A stretch of 63,326 nucleotides of DNA, from the NCBI RefSeq assembly GCF_001194135.2, contig NC_068999.1, positions 15,465,500 through 15,528,825 on the forward strand, read 5' to 3'. Both the position numbers and the translations under genes were made by a program. Positions 13,600 through 26,559 of the stretch are shown in pieces (position 1 is the stretch's first letter; each line of letters starts with the position of its first letter). Source of the DNA: Octopus bimaculoides. Taxonomy: Eukaryota. The notes under the pieces are model-generated. The model was not told where the DNA came from. It searched no databases and was given only the letters and a program-made list of their open reading frames with translations.

Positions 13600-14020
13600 G
13601 ATGTTTCTAAGCGAAAACATTCTACCACAAAAGTATATCAAGTTACTGATTGACTTCAAAAAACATTTTATGAGCAGCCCGTTGGCGTGAATGCATTAAT
13701 ACAGCCATGGAACACTTTAATCAACAATATAATACCGAGTGAAATATCACAAAGACTTATGCATATTTTCCTGCAGACGAAGATACTTATAAACTTAGGC
13801 GTAAACAATTCATTCACAGATTCGTTCATCGATAACGCACCCCGAGAAACGCGCGCATACGCAAATGATACAAAAAACAACACAGACGTATATGCCACGC
13901 CACAACATGCGCAATTAATTCTTTGGTAATCTTGTAAAGACGCTATTTTGACGTACTGGGTATCAAGGGTACTTTTAAAAATTCGGTAGACTTTACCTTT
14001 GAGGAGTGAGAACACGCGAT
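13600..14020 (-). mobile_element. Ancient RTE-like RT relic (115-codon open frame)
   Basis: FSLLKGKVYRIF...CACCG...T..F...LIKVFHGCINA...then NVFEV; parallels ISLLSxxGKVFARI...QCGFR...IIRLFHDGM...PFEV in the correct order. Confidence 0.5.
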
Positions 14021-14204
14021 TGGTTCCAGCAGGAGATAAAATGAAAGCAACTGTAAGAAGAGAACAACTGAGTCCAGTACAAGAATAGTGGTCTATTTAT
14101 CGACCCGAAAATTGTTGACGTCAACCTGATTTGGAGTAAGAGCGCTTGAAGCCGAGCGATTTCGGATTACGGCAAAGCCAAACCACTCGATTGGCCATCA
14201 CACC

Positions 14205-14237
<33 letters not shown>

Positions 14238-14301
14238 ATACACATATGTATATATACGTACAGGCATACCAATATATATATATATGTGTGTGTGGGTGTG
14301 C

Positions 14302-14354
<53 letters not shown>

Positions 14355-15470
14355 AACATATATATATATACAAAAATGGAACAAGTACGAGACAGACGAC
14401 AGTAAAACATCCGGACAGACACCCGATACAAAGGCGGACAGGAAAAACAACGAAAATATGGGCAGTCAAGTTTCCATATAATCCTTACAACTTCGTCCGG
14501 TTACACTTGAGACTGTTCAAATCTGGCTGGCCCCAAAAATCTAAGCTAAGATCATAAAATATTTTAGGAGAAAGCAAGCGNNNNNNNNNNNNNNNNNNNN
14601 NNNNNNNNNNNNNNNNNNNNNNNNNNNNNNNNNNNNNNNNNNNNNNNNNNNNNNNNNNNNNNNNNNNNNNNNNNNNNNNNNNNNNNNNNNNNNNNNNNNN
14701 NNNNNNNNNNNNNNNNNNNNNNNNNNNNNNNNNNNNNNNNNNNNNNNNNNNNNNNNNNNNNNNNNNNNNNNNNNNNNNNNNNNNNNNNNNNNNNNNNNNN
14801 NNNNNNNNNNNNNNNNNNNNNNNNNNNNNNNNNNNNNNNNNNNNNNNNNNNNNNNNNNNNNNNNNNNNNNNNNNNNNNNNNNNNNNNNNNNNNNNNNNNN
14901 NNNNNNNNNNNNNNNNNNNNNNNNNNNNNNNNNNNNNNNNNNNNNNNNNNNNNNNNNNNNNNNNNNNNNNNNNNNNNNNNNNNNNNNNNNNNNNNNNNNN
15001 NNNNNNNNNNNNNNNNNNNNNNNNNNNNNNNNNNNNNNNNNNNNNNNNNNNNNNNNNNNNNNNNNNNNNNNNNNNNNNNNNNNNNNNNNNNNNNNNNNNN
15101 NNNNNNNNNNNNNNNNNNNNNNNNNNNNNNNNNNNNNNNNNNNNNNNNNNNNNNNNNNNNNNNNNNNNNNNNNNNNNNNNNNNNNNNNNNNNNNNNNNNN
15201 NNNNNNNNNNNNNNNNNNNNNNNNNNNNNNNNNNNNNNNNNNNNNNNNNNNNNNNNNNNNNNNNNNNNNNNNNNNNNNNNNNNNNNNNNNNNNNNNNNNN
15301 NNNNNNNNNNNNNNNNNNNNNNNNNNNNNNNNNNNNNNNNNNNNNNNNNNNNNNNNNNNNNNNNNNNNNNNNNNNNNNNNNNNNNNNNNNNNNNNNNNNN
15401 NNNNNNNNNNNNNNNNNNNNNNNNNNNNNNNNNNNNNNNNNNNNNNNNNNNNNNNNNNNNNNNNNNNNNC

Positions 15471-15684
15471 ACACATACACACCCACATATGTACATATAT
15501 ATAGATAGGCAGATAGTGTGAAAGAGATACAAATAGATACATATATATGTATATATATATACATATGCAAACATACGTACACACACATATATACACACAT
15601 ACACACCCACATATGTACATATATATAGATAGGCAGATAGTGTGAAAGAGATACAAATAGATACATATATATGTATATATATAT
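15471..15684. repeat. Tandem repeat, 124-bp period, two near-identical copies after a gap
   Basis: acacatacacacccacatatgtac...gatagtgtgaaagagatacaaatagatac at 15471 and 15595. Confidence 0.9.
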
Positions 15685-16462
15685 GTTTTATACATACAAT
15701 GCATACATGCATACATACATACATACATACTTACAAATAAATTATATGATTGTAGCTTCAAGTAGTCCGATAAAAAACAGTTCTGCAATTTATTGCTGAA
15801 CGAACTGCACAATTTTATGTTTATAGTAATCATAATTATGCACTGTAGACTGGCTCCTTCTTTCCATCAGATTGATGCTACTTGAATAAGTGCACGATGT
15901 CGAAGTCATCGCAGAGGTACTTGAGATGAAGAGTTTTGCTCTAGAACACTAGACACCACATGGTTCTGAAATTTAAACGCCAACCCTGTCTATCTTTTAT
16001 TCCTTGTTCCACTCACGAGGCTAAGCAAATCACATACCTTCCATTGTATTTTCAAGTATATAAAACCTATTTCGAGATTTTCTGCATTGGCGGATACACT
16101 GAGTTTTCGGTATATAAGTGAATGTGAGCTCCATTTGAAGTTTCAACATTTATTCTTGAAGAATGTCTCTAAATCTCATTTATCAGCCTCCATCCTCTTA
16201 ACATTTGGCGAAAATATTAACCACTCTCAGTTACATAAACACATAATATATGGTAGATTCTACTTCTGAGCATTGGGACTCTTTTTCTGTGGCGTAACAC
16301 AAAGCACAATACGTATATGCTTTCTCTGTCACTCTCTCTCTCTCTTTCTCTATCTCTATATATACATACACACACATACACACACATATATAATATATAT
16401 ATATATATATTATTTACATTATCTACATTTGACGGATATTCGTCCTCATCTTGTTTGTTGTT

Positions 16463-16503
16463 AACACAACGTTTCGGCTGATATACCCTCCAGCCTTCGT
16501 CAG
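16463..16503 (-). ncRNA. Minimal hammerhead ribozyme core of Penelope-like terminal-repeat type (stem I disrupted as assembled)
   Basis: Minus strand reads CUGACGA-A-GGCUG-gaggguauau-CAGCC-GAAA-CGUU-GUGUU: CUGANGA box, 5-bp stem II, GAAA box, palindromic ACGU stem III, GUU cleavage triplet. Confidence 0.6.
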
Positions 16504-16533
16504 GCTGGAGGGTATATCAGCCGAAACGTTGTG
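16465..16533. repeat. Perfect 32-bp inverted repeat with 5-nt loop
   Basis: 16465-16496 cacaacgtttcggctgatataccctccagcct is the exact reverse complement of 16502-16533; loop tcgtc; gap starts at 16534. Confidence 0.98.
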
Positions 16534-17099
16534 NNNNNNNNNNNNNNNNNNNNNNNNNNNNNNNNNNNNNNNNNNNNNNNNNNNNNNNNNNNNNNNNNNN
16601 NNNNNNNNNNNNNNNNNNNNNNNNNNNNNNNNNNNNNNNNNNNNNNNNNNNNNNNNNNNNNNNNNNNNNNNNNNNNNNNNNNNNNNNNNNNNNNNNNNNN
16701 NNNNNNNNNNNNNNNNNNNNNNNNNNNNNNNNNNNNNNNNNNNNNNNNNNNNNNNNNNNNNNNNNNNNNNNNNNNNNNNNNNNNNNNNNNNNNNNNNNNN
16801 NNNNNNNNNNNNNNNNNNNNNNNNNNNNNNNNNNNNNNNNNNNNNNNNNNNNNNNNNNNNNNNNNNNNNNNNNNNNNNNNNNNNNNNNNNNNNNNNNNNN
16901 NNNNNNNNNNNNNNNNNNNNNNNNNNNNNNNNNNNNNNNNNNNNNNNNNNNNNNNNNNNNNNNNNNNNNNNNNNNNNNNNNNNNNNNNNNNNNNNNNNNN
17001 NNNNNNNNNNNNNNNNNNNNNNNNNNNNNNNNNNNNNNNNNNNNNNNNNNNNNNNNNNNNNNNNNNNNNNNNNNNNNNNNNNNNNNNNNNNNNNNNNNN

Positions 17100-17166
<67 letters not shown>

Positions 17167-17849
17167 ATATGCTTGAATCGATTTGTTCCTTGGTTTGATG
17201 GAAACGTTAAAGAACCTGTCCAAAGTTAAGTTGTTACGTAAAAGCTATAATCTAAATTAAAAGTTTCTATATCCGACGAAATTCCTTAGACGAAAGCCTA
17301 CCAAATGCGATAATTTCCATTTTGACTAATGTCAATCTTGATTTGTTTCAAATAGTGTATAGATAAATGCTGGCTTTTACATTGAAAAAAAATATTAATA
17401 ACCATGGAGTCAAAAATAATAATAATAATAATAATATGTTTCAAACTAGCATATTGCATTTGGATCTTTTGAAAGATTTCACCCAAAATATGATTTTTGC
17501 TGCTATTTGCAGCGACTTATTTCTTATTACATATTTCATAAATACAAATTGAGGCTTTCAAATAATTCTTTACAATTTATTTAGCGAATATTTTAGTTTT
17601 ACTCTGTATGAGTGTGTGTGTATTGTGTGTGTGCATGTGTGTGTTTTTTCTATGTGTTATTTGCATACCGTAACTTTTATTAATTCTTTCATGTTTCGTA
17701 GATACTCACTTAAAATGTGAGAAATAAATCAACATAGAATTGTAGTGCGACATATATGTGTATTTGTATGTGGGCGCATGTGCATGTGCATGTGTGTGTG
17801 TGTGTGCATGCATGAGTCCCTCTGTTTATAATGAATAGTTGACTTATTA

Positions 17850-19260
17850 TTGTTGAAGTTTCTCATAAGAACCATTCCTGTAGCGTGTCAGGAACCCAAA
17901 ACAATCTCCATGTCTATATCATTCGGTGTCTTCAGGAAAGTGCCAACAGCGGCAATCATTAGAAGTAGCTCTCCGGTTTGAGTATAATTTTCTTCATCCA
18001 TCCCCACCAGCCAGTCTCTGTGACACTGATATTATCAAACGAGATGCCCGTCGGTGTTTTTACCATAAAAGTAGAAATACTATTAACTGTGACTAAAATA
18101 TTGCATCTTTCACTTATGACATTGTTTATTATAATAACTGCGTTGTCATCAACGTTACAAAACAGTATAAAACTGACGAATTTACATCAGATTACAACTA
18201 CGATGATTAGTGACCCTGCTATGGCGGCGAGCTGGCAGAATCGTTAGCAGGCCGGGTGAAACGCTTAGCGGAATTTCGTCTATCTTAACGCTCCGAGTTC
18301 AAATTCCACTGAGGTCGACGTTGTCTTCCATCATTTCGGGATCGATAAATTAAGTACCAATTTCGTACTTGGGGTCGATTTAATCGACTGACCCCGTCCC
18401 CAACATTTTAGGTCTTGTGCTTAGAGTAGAAAAGATTGTCAACCCTGCTAGAGAGACTAACCAAATTTCACTCAAATCAAAGACCGCATATATTTTCTAT
18501 TTCATTTTATTTTATTTTGTTTTATTTTTAGAGCAGGGTTAAATTGTTATAGCTGGAACGATTTTGATCATAAGTCTTACTCCTTTAGGACTGATTTGAG
18601 ATTACATAACAGCAAGAGTGATTAAAATATAAAAAAGAGATTAGCGTTCTCGTTAATAATGAACTGAGTCAAATCATTATCAATACTTGCTCTTTTCTTA
18701 CAGTTTGAAAAATCAATACCAAGGGGGAATTGTGTGAGTGTGATTAATCTTGCTCATCAACGAACTTTCTAACTCAAGTACATCACCGAAAGATATTCCA
18801 TAATACTATTCTATGTAGATGCTTCTTATTTCTTTTATTTTTCACTTTCTACAAGCAACTCATAAGATATCAAGTTTAAAGACGCTGATTAAATTGTAAG
18901 GTCCTATCTTAGAAAGTATGCTACTTCATGTGACTGTGGTTAATGTGTCTGTTTTGCAACCCGATTCTTTTATAATTCAGTATAACTGTTTGTTAAATAT
19001 CATAACCTCGGACTCAGCAATGGTTTGTGACCATAGGATCGGAAAGAAAAGGTTGCATACGGTACACGCAAACCCTCTAGATATTTTATGGAGGCAATCA
19101 AAACGCTTTGAACATCCTCCGGAAAAAAATGATTTTGTCTCCCCTACGCGAATTTCGTCCGTAGATGGAAAATGTGTAGAAAACCGTCGTACTTGTGTAT
19201 ATATAATTATGAGTATTTTTTCTACAGTAAATAATTTCAAGCAGGAGATAATTCTCTTGT
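17850..19260 (-). mobile_element. Ancient RTE-like RT relic in two collinear pieces split by a younger SINE
   Basis: 18960-19260: DEIRVGETKSFFSGGCSKRFDCL (cf. VRVG...F.V..GVRQGCVL). 17850-18150: PTGISFDNISVTET...PNDIDMEI (cf. FGLTISxKKTE...DIDxEI). Confidence 0.3.
18220..18438 (+). mobile_element. Meta-domain SINE (family B), near full length
   Basis: ggcgagctggcagaatcgttagc head, gagttcaaattcc B-box-like, gtcgac...tccatcatttcgggatcgataaattaagtacc core, tail ggtcttgtgcttagagtagaaaag. Confidence 0.88.
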
Positions 19261-20149
19261 AAAGGCAGTGTAGTCTCTTTATTGAAAAGCTATTATCATT
19301 ATATTGACATTAACGGTACGAAGAGGGGGTAATATATTTGTAATGTGCTGATGTTAAATCTCGGGTGGGGGGGGGGATATAAACGTGTGTTTGTGTTAGT
19401 GTGTGCGTAGAAATGTGTTCCAGAGACATTTAATTGTGTTAAATTGTGTTAGTGGATCAAAAATAACCTACAATATTTAGACCAAGAGAAATTCGCCCAC
19501 ACACACCCCTACCAGCAATTGATGTGTGGTAAACCTATAATCGATGCTATTCTTCACGAAACAAGATTCTGCCTATATAGAAACCGACATGTGATTACAG
19601 TTATTTATATATCAGATCCTTTCAAATTGTCATCATTTGAAATGTGAGGACCTCATGATGTCTTCTTATTCATCCAAAACATATTTCAAAAATTTAGCAA
19701 ATAATTTGATATAAGGTATTTTAGTGAATGTGTTTATCATAGTTTCATGGTTAATTAGAATATGTGTAAGGCATGGAATGCATTAAGATACAGTCCTGCT
19801 TCTGGATTTAAATAATTACTGTCGGAGAAGTAATAAATTTGTTGCCATAGCTTAATATATACAGAAATACATAAAGAACAAATGTGAAGACACTCACTTT
19901 TCGGACGGAGCCTTTCGTCCACAACCCGATTCATGTCAATGTTGAGTCCTATAAATTAAATACCTATACTTGAAGCAATAGACCTCTAAGAGAATCGTGT
20001 TGACACTTTGACAGTACACTATTTGCAAGTTGCACGACTAATTTACAGTAAACAATGCCTTGTCTCAGGTTGCAATTTAAATACTAAAGGGAGATAACCG
20101 AGAATGAGCCTACAGCGTTGATAACTCAAAGGGAAAACGGGAGAGAGTT

Positions 20150-21900
20150 GGAATAATTTGGATGCATTATTGCTGTTATTGTTGAAATTGCGCTTGTCGA
20201 CTCTTGTTGTACAGTAGTTATCATTAAAATACTTTTTCATCAAGTTATTATCGTATATAATACGCGGAATATATAATGGAATGCCTTGGATTAATCCATA
20301 AATCCAATGCACTGTTGCGTGCATACGTTTAGTTAAGTATAAGTCTACCTGCTCAAGAATGTTGAGGTTCGTGTAATATTTGTGGTATGTACTGCGCAAT
20401 ACATTTTCCGTATCCTTTCCTATTTATTGACATCAAAGCAAACTTAGTTGTTAGGAAGTCTATGAGGGTTCTTAATAATTTTCAGTATTTGAGATTAATG
20501 AACTTATTTATACTGCTTCACTTTTGTTCTGCGAATGAGTTGTTATGAACATGTGCATCTATGTGTGCATGTTTGTGTGTGTGTCAGTGTGTGTGTGTGT
20601 CTATGTGCGCGTGTATGTGTCTGCGTGAATGTGCGCCTTTTCTTTTTTGTTTCTGTTAATTGAATGTGAGGGTAAGATTTTATTCAAACAATAATACAAT
20701 AAAGGCAGAGATGTAGGTCAAGTGTCTTGATGTTTAGAAAACAGTGAATACATTGCGTCAAAGTTTTTTTCTTATTAAGGTTCGCTGTGGCAAGAAAATG
20801 TGTATCATACAATCGAAAGAACGGACTTTTATTTCGAGTGCATTTGTTTTTATAGTCTTAGAATATCTGTAAATCTAGTCTTTGAGCACATTATGCAATC
20901 TATGATAAAGTGAGGCATACAAAATTTCATTTATTCTACTTGGTTGGTTTTTTTTATGAGAATGTGCCAATACTACGGCAAGTGAGAGAGGGAGAACGAG
21001 AAAAAGAACAACTGAGAGAAGGATCTTACGTAATCCGTGATATATCTAATATGTTCTATGTACACCGAATAATTGTCGTTTTTGGTATTGGACAAATGTT
21101 GTATGGCTGTCGTTTTGATTGATTTCCTATGTAGTGCATGTGTGGAGTGAATATATTTTCTGTAATTTTACTTGTATATGCGGTAAATCTACCATGGAGT
21201 GTTTGGTAGCTGACAGCATATCATATATTTGTTGTTGATTGAAAAGAAAATGTTTGCTATAGTTGTAGTAATATAGAAGTAAGTATGGATCGACCGGCCT
21301 CTGTTCAAATGCAGTCCACATGTCAATATCCTTTCTTTCTTCAGTATATATCGTTATTAAATACGACCTTACTTCTTCAATGATGGTGAGGTAAGCGAGA
21401 TATAACTGGTAATGTCAGTTGGCTGAACAGCCATAACGAGGCTAATATAGACATAGTGAATAGCGGAAAACATAACGTCACTGAATGTAGTACATCTGAA
21501 TGTTGTACATTGTAATTACATCGGCTGCGTGAAGGTTTGGAATGTATAAAATAACTGCGTTCTTATTTTTGTTATTGTTCAGTGATATTCGAGTGTTTAG
21601 CGAGGATAATAAGCAATTGTTCCGGAGTCATTTTGAGAATGTCCGCCATAAAGGTATTGAAACTTGATGTGATAAATAGCAAGTGGCATTAAGATATAAG
21701 TTATTGAAATATGCATCATTTGTATATGCGGTTGTATTGGTATTGGATTTTTTAAAGGAAAATATGTTTAGTCGAGATGATATTGTGTTCCAAAGTTTGT
21801 TAATATCGCACTGGCTTTAGAATGCCATATACGCATAGATATCTCATCCAAATATTATTGCATGCGTGTGAACACCAGTATTGCATTATCCACCGTATGT
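20150..21900 (-). mobile_element. Ancient RTE-like RT relic(s)
   Basis: 21900 downward: AF*S..INKLWNTI; SFNTFMADILK...LIILAKHSNI (ADD position decayed); KVVFNN; PYLLLY. 20450 downward: LRSTYHKYYTNLNILEQ...HW...IPRIIY (cf. LRSIL...TNVEVLEQ...RW...LPKIVLY). Confidence 0.45.
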
Positions 21901-22269
21901 TGGATAATTTAAAATATGAAATATATATTTCTAAAAATCGTAAAGTTCGTTGTGAAAAGTATAAATATGGTATTTACACATTATGATAAATATTTTCGTG
22001 ATCAGCGGAAAGCTCAAAAAGATAGGAAAAATGTGATTGTCTTCTTTTTTTATTTTTATTCATATTCATTCGAAAATCAGCATGATTTTCAGTCCATACA
22101 GACAGAAATATATTAAGCTATCATTATGATTATTTGATTGATTAATATATTAATACTGCTCTTCAGAGAAATTTGCTTATATATGATAGATATGGATGCA
22201 AAAAGTGCAGTACGACCTTTGCTAACGAGAGAAGCCTTTTAGGAAGGAAGAACTTGTAAAAAGAGGACA

Positions 22270-22740
22270 GAATTGAGTGGATCATCTGATCATAAAACAC
22301 GTGGCAAATCATCCCCGGAATCATACCACAGCGGATCGGTGAATGCTACAACAAAGACTTCTTCCCGACAGGAAATTGCAGGTTATAAAACCGTGGATTC
22401 GGTGGCCTGTTGCTACTGAAAAAAGTAAGTGATAAAGAGTTTGAGAATAAGGTAAGTAAGACTTTATTTAAAATGACAGGATCTCCTGTGGAAAAACTAG
22501 AGAAGTTAGCAAGCTCAATAAACGATACAGGAATGGAATTATTTGGAGTAAAAAAAAATATGAGAACCGAGTGGAAAAAGAAAAGTGTAAACCAAGGAGG
22601 ACGAACAGGAAAATGAAACAGTTGAGGATAGAAAAGAACAGTCTAAGAAAGGGATGGAAATGTGCAGAGGAATACGAAAAGCATGGCCTCGTGCAGCTGT
22701 ACAAAGATTAAAAAAAAACAAATGATGCGGTCGTGAGGAG
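22270..22740 (+). mobile_element. HERO-like (RLE-clade) non-LTR retrotransposon relic, pre-RT region
   Basis: KPWIRWPVATE / EFENKVSKTL...GSPVEKLEKLASSINDTGMELFGV / NRKMKQLRIEKNSLRKGWKCAEEYEKHGLVQL match the recalled HERO pattern WP.A...G.V..K.......G.E.FG...R..L..L...W..A.EEE..GL..L. Confidence 0.65.
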
Positions 22741-23167
22741 GGCCTGGAAACGGCACCCATTCTTTCCTGATGACACCTTAAACTTGCTAGCGTATCTTGC
22801 AACTATGCGGAACTTACAACTGGTAGCACTTGCATCAGCAATTTGTTTGCAAAAAAAGAAAGATATATATATGCTAACTATATAGTAGATATACTGACAG
22901 GGTTCCTTTAGCTATTTTTCCTTAGATTCAAAGGATGGATAAACAACTTCAACCGATCTTCGAACCTCAATGGGTTTTCATCAGAGGTGACAACACAATT
23001 TGACCAATCCAGAGAAAAAAGCAGTCGATCTGTTTATATGCCCAACAAATCCAGTGGCGACAGCGAACTGGAGCAACTAATTTACATACTCTTTTTAATA
23101 TCTTATTATAAAGCAGGAGTATGTAAAAAGGGATCCCTGTCCACACAGAATCAAGATATTATATATG

Positions 23168-23207
<40 letters not shown>

Positions 23208-25238
23208 CATACATACATACATACATACATACATACATACATAAAAATATAGGTACAGATATGTGTGTGTGTATAAACTATAGAATAGATATATAAAACG
23301 GGCAAATTTATATGCCAATCTATGTGTGTAAATATGTATATATGCATATTTGTACATTTGTGTATATGTATGTATGCATGTATCTATCTATGTGTATATT
23401 TGTGTATAAGTCACATCTGCTTACTTGTATCCGAATTTGCATACAATATAAAAAATATCCAATTCACAGTTCCGCTATCTCCGTCATTCCGTGTATTAAA
23501 CTTATTTTTACCTTCAATTATTCATTTTAATTACAGATTATTAAAAATCATATGTACTTCCATCGATTAACATAGTTAAGTATTTTAAATGTTTAGATTT
23601 GCAGACGTCTAGATTCTCAACACACAATTCGTATCTGAAATTAACCTTAGTTTTCTTCCATAGAAATCAGACGCTTTCCCTATATCACCACGGTAATCTA
23701 AATGTAACACTTACTAATTAGGAAATAAGATGATCTCTACAAAGTAAACGAGGACTTCTTGCGGAGAAATTCTGCCGATTTTTTTTTTTTCTGTGAGTGA
23801 AAACTACAGGCACATACACACTTTTATATCTGTGTGGTTGTAGTTTTGGAATGTGTATTTGTGTTTATACATATATATAAGTGAGTGAGTTTGTGTGTAT
23901 GTATGTGTGTGCATACGCACTGGTGTATTTCTGTGTATGTACAAGTAGATGCACACATCTATATGTGTACATATTTGTGTACGTGTGTGTATATGTTTGC
24001 TTTTGTGGCGAGGAGTGTACATCTACGAATTATAAAACTTTATATGGATAATCGCGTAATCTTATATCCATATTTGCATTACATTCAGAGATATTTATTT
24101 CGGTTTTATTTCCATCTGTTTTTTGTTTTAAATTGTATGTTAGGCGAAATTTTTCTTAACTCCAGAAGATTTTTTTTAAGCTGAAACCTTATCGACACAG
24201 CTTCCATTCATTTTCACTAATTTTATCGCAGTTAGAAAATTTAAACACTTTCAAAGTTATATATTATTTACTGTATCACTCTTTAATATTTTCAATATGT
24301 ATTTTCATATACATTCAGATATTACCTTTCTATGATAAATGCCAACATGCATGTATGTCATGATTTAGAATATTACTCTCACGCTTAAGTTGCAATCTAT
24401 TACAGCAATAATTGCGTCATTCAATAAATTACATTCATGAATAAACTATTCAAATTTATATTATAATTTTTTAAAGAAAACTCTCTCTATTCATAAATGT
24501 ATATACATAGATACATATATATATATATATANNNNNNNNNNNNNNNNNNNNNNNNNNNNNNNNNNNNNNNNNNNNNNNNNNNNNNNNNNNNNNNNNNNNN
24601 NNNNNNNNNNNNNNNNNNNNNNNNNNNNNNNNNNNNNNNNNNNNNNNNNNNNNNNNNNNNNNNNNNNNNNNNNNNNNNNNNNNNNNNNNNNNNNNNNNNN
24701 NNNNNNNNNNNNNNNNNNNNNNNNNNNNNNNNNNNNNNNNNNNNNNNNNNNNNNNNNNNNNNNNNNNNNNNNNNNNNNNNNNNNNNNNNNNNNNNNNNNN
24801 NNNNNNNNNNNNNNNNNNNNNNNNNNNNNNNNNNNNNNNNNNNNNNNNNNNNNNNNNNNNNNNNNNNNNNNNNNNNNNNNNNNNNNNNNNNNNNNNNNNN
24901 NNNNNNNNNNNNNNNNNNNNNNNNNNNNNNNNNNNNNNNNNNNNNNNNNNNNNNNNNNNNNNNNNNNNNNNNNNNNNNNNNNNNNNNNNNNNNNNNNNNN
25001 NNNNNNNNNNNNNNNNNNNNNNNNNNNNNNNNNNNNNNNNNNNNNNNNNNNNNNNNNNNNNNNNNNNNNNNNNNNNNNNNNNNNNNNNNNNNNNNNNNNN
25101 NNNNNNNNNNNNNNNNNNNNNNNNNNNNNNNNNNNNNNNNNNNNNNNNNNNNNNNNNNNNNNNNNNNNNNNNNNNNNNNNNNNNNNNNNNNNNNNNNNNN
25201 NNNNNNNNNNNNNNNNNNNNNNNNNNNNNNNNNNNNNN

Positions 25239-25276
<38 letters not shown>

Positions 25277-25299
25277 ATATATAATATATTTTAATAACA

Positions 25300-25800
25300 C
25301 CATGTAACCTCAGCGTGGGCGGTCATATTTTACATTTTTACTTCGAAATACATTGGGCTTTGAACGATGTTACTGGATCGTTGGACCCATGCTTTTCTGC
25401 GTCATTGCGCACTGTCATCTACGAATACCTATCTCGTATTTTACATCCATATAAGAACTATTGATCTTCTTTTTAAGACCTGTAAATAGTATATTTACTT
25501 GATGAGACCTATAAATATTATTTACTAATGAGTCAACCCAATTATACTCGAATAAAATATCTGAAATTATATTTAACACGTTTGCGTACACTTTGTTGTG
25601 AAAAGACATTCCACTTAGGAAATATTTCCGCGAGATTTGCAGATAATAAGATGCATGCATTTCTTCATAACGCGCATCATCGGCTACGAATATAGCTGTC
25701 ATTGTTCTTAGTCCTATAAGAAAGATAATGCGTGTTTACAAAAACAGTAAATAGTATAATCTCTTATGTGCGTAAAATTTGGTCAGGCTGACCTTTTAAA
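25300..25800 (-). mobile_element. Ancient RTE-like RT relic (about 100-codon open frame)
   Basis: AIFVADDA...LQ...SGMS...FTGLKKKINSSYMDVKYEI..RR; spacing matches LLFADD...LQ...FGL.IS...FTYLGS.IS..D.EI..R. Confidence 0.45.
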
Positions 25801-26330
25801 TAACAAGAGTCGCACTAAATAGACTCTAATAAAATATAACTAGTTGTACGTTCGAACACTCCATTCCCGCAGTAAGCGCGGTTTCCTGAGAAGCATGAAT
25901 CTACGGGATACGCCAGGTAGAAGGCCTCATGTTGTTGGGATCGGGGCAATCGATTACACAACTAGCACTTATTTTGACAAGCCCTGAATAGCTGAAAAGC
26001 AACGATGATGAAGGCTGAACTGATGTACCGAACTTAAAGCGGGAATGAATGGCTCAAAGCAATTTTTCGGCGTGTTAACAATACTGACAGATCACCAAGT
26101 AATTAAAATGATAAATATACACAGAAAGCATATTTGGTATTTCAAGCTTTATAAAACACACATCCGTTTTGGTAAATCAACTGACAAGATTGCACAATCA
26201 TTTTCTTAATTTACATAAGCTTATCCAATTACCTCATCAATACTATTGGCAAACAATAATTATCATTTTAACAAAAACCGGTATAAGATTTATATACCTT
26301 GAAATCTCAACTACGTTTGCTGTGTGTGAG

Positions 26331-26426
<96 letters not shown>

Positions 26427-26559
26427 AATATAGGTGTGTGTAAATGCGTGTGTGGGTGTGTTCTATGTATGTATGTATATCTAAATGTTGATAAATGACA
26501 ACATTTGATATTGTAGTGTCATCAAGTAACTGCTGACATGGGGAGTATTGTTAGCACAC

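Noticed and set aside
15471-15684. CRISPR-like repeat-spacer pattern
   Set aside because: Low-complexity eukaryotic tandem repeat with no unique spacers and no cas genes.
19895-19945. Minus-strand hairpin GGACG...CGUCC followed by GAAA (hammerhead-like)
   Set aside because: No CUGANGA box upstream.
21345-21653. Phase-compatible plus-strand micro-exons 21345-21390 and 21583-21653 with good splice sites
   Set aside because: They lie in register antisense to an RT relic (FNTFMADIL...); short open frames with GT/AG are expected by chance.
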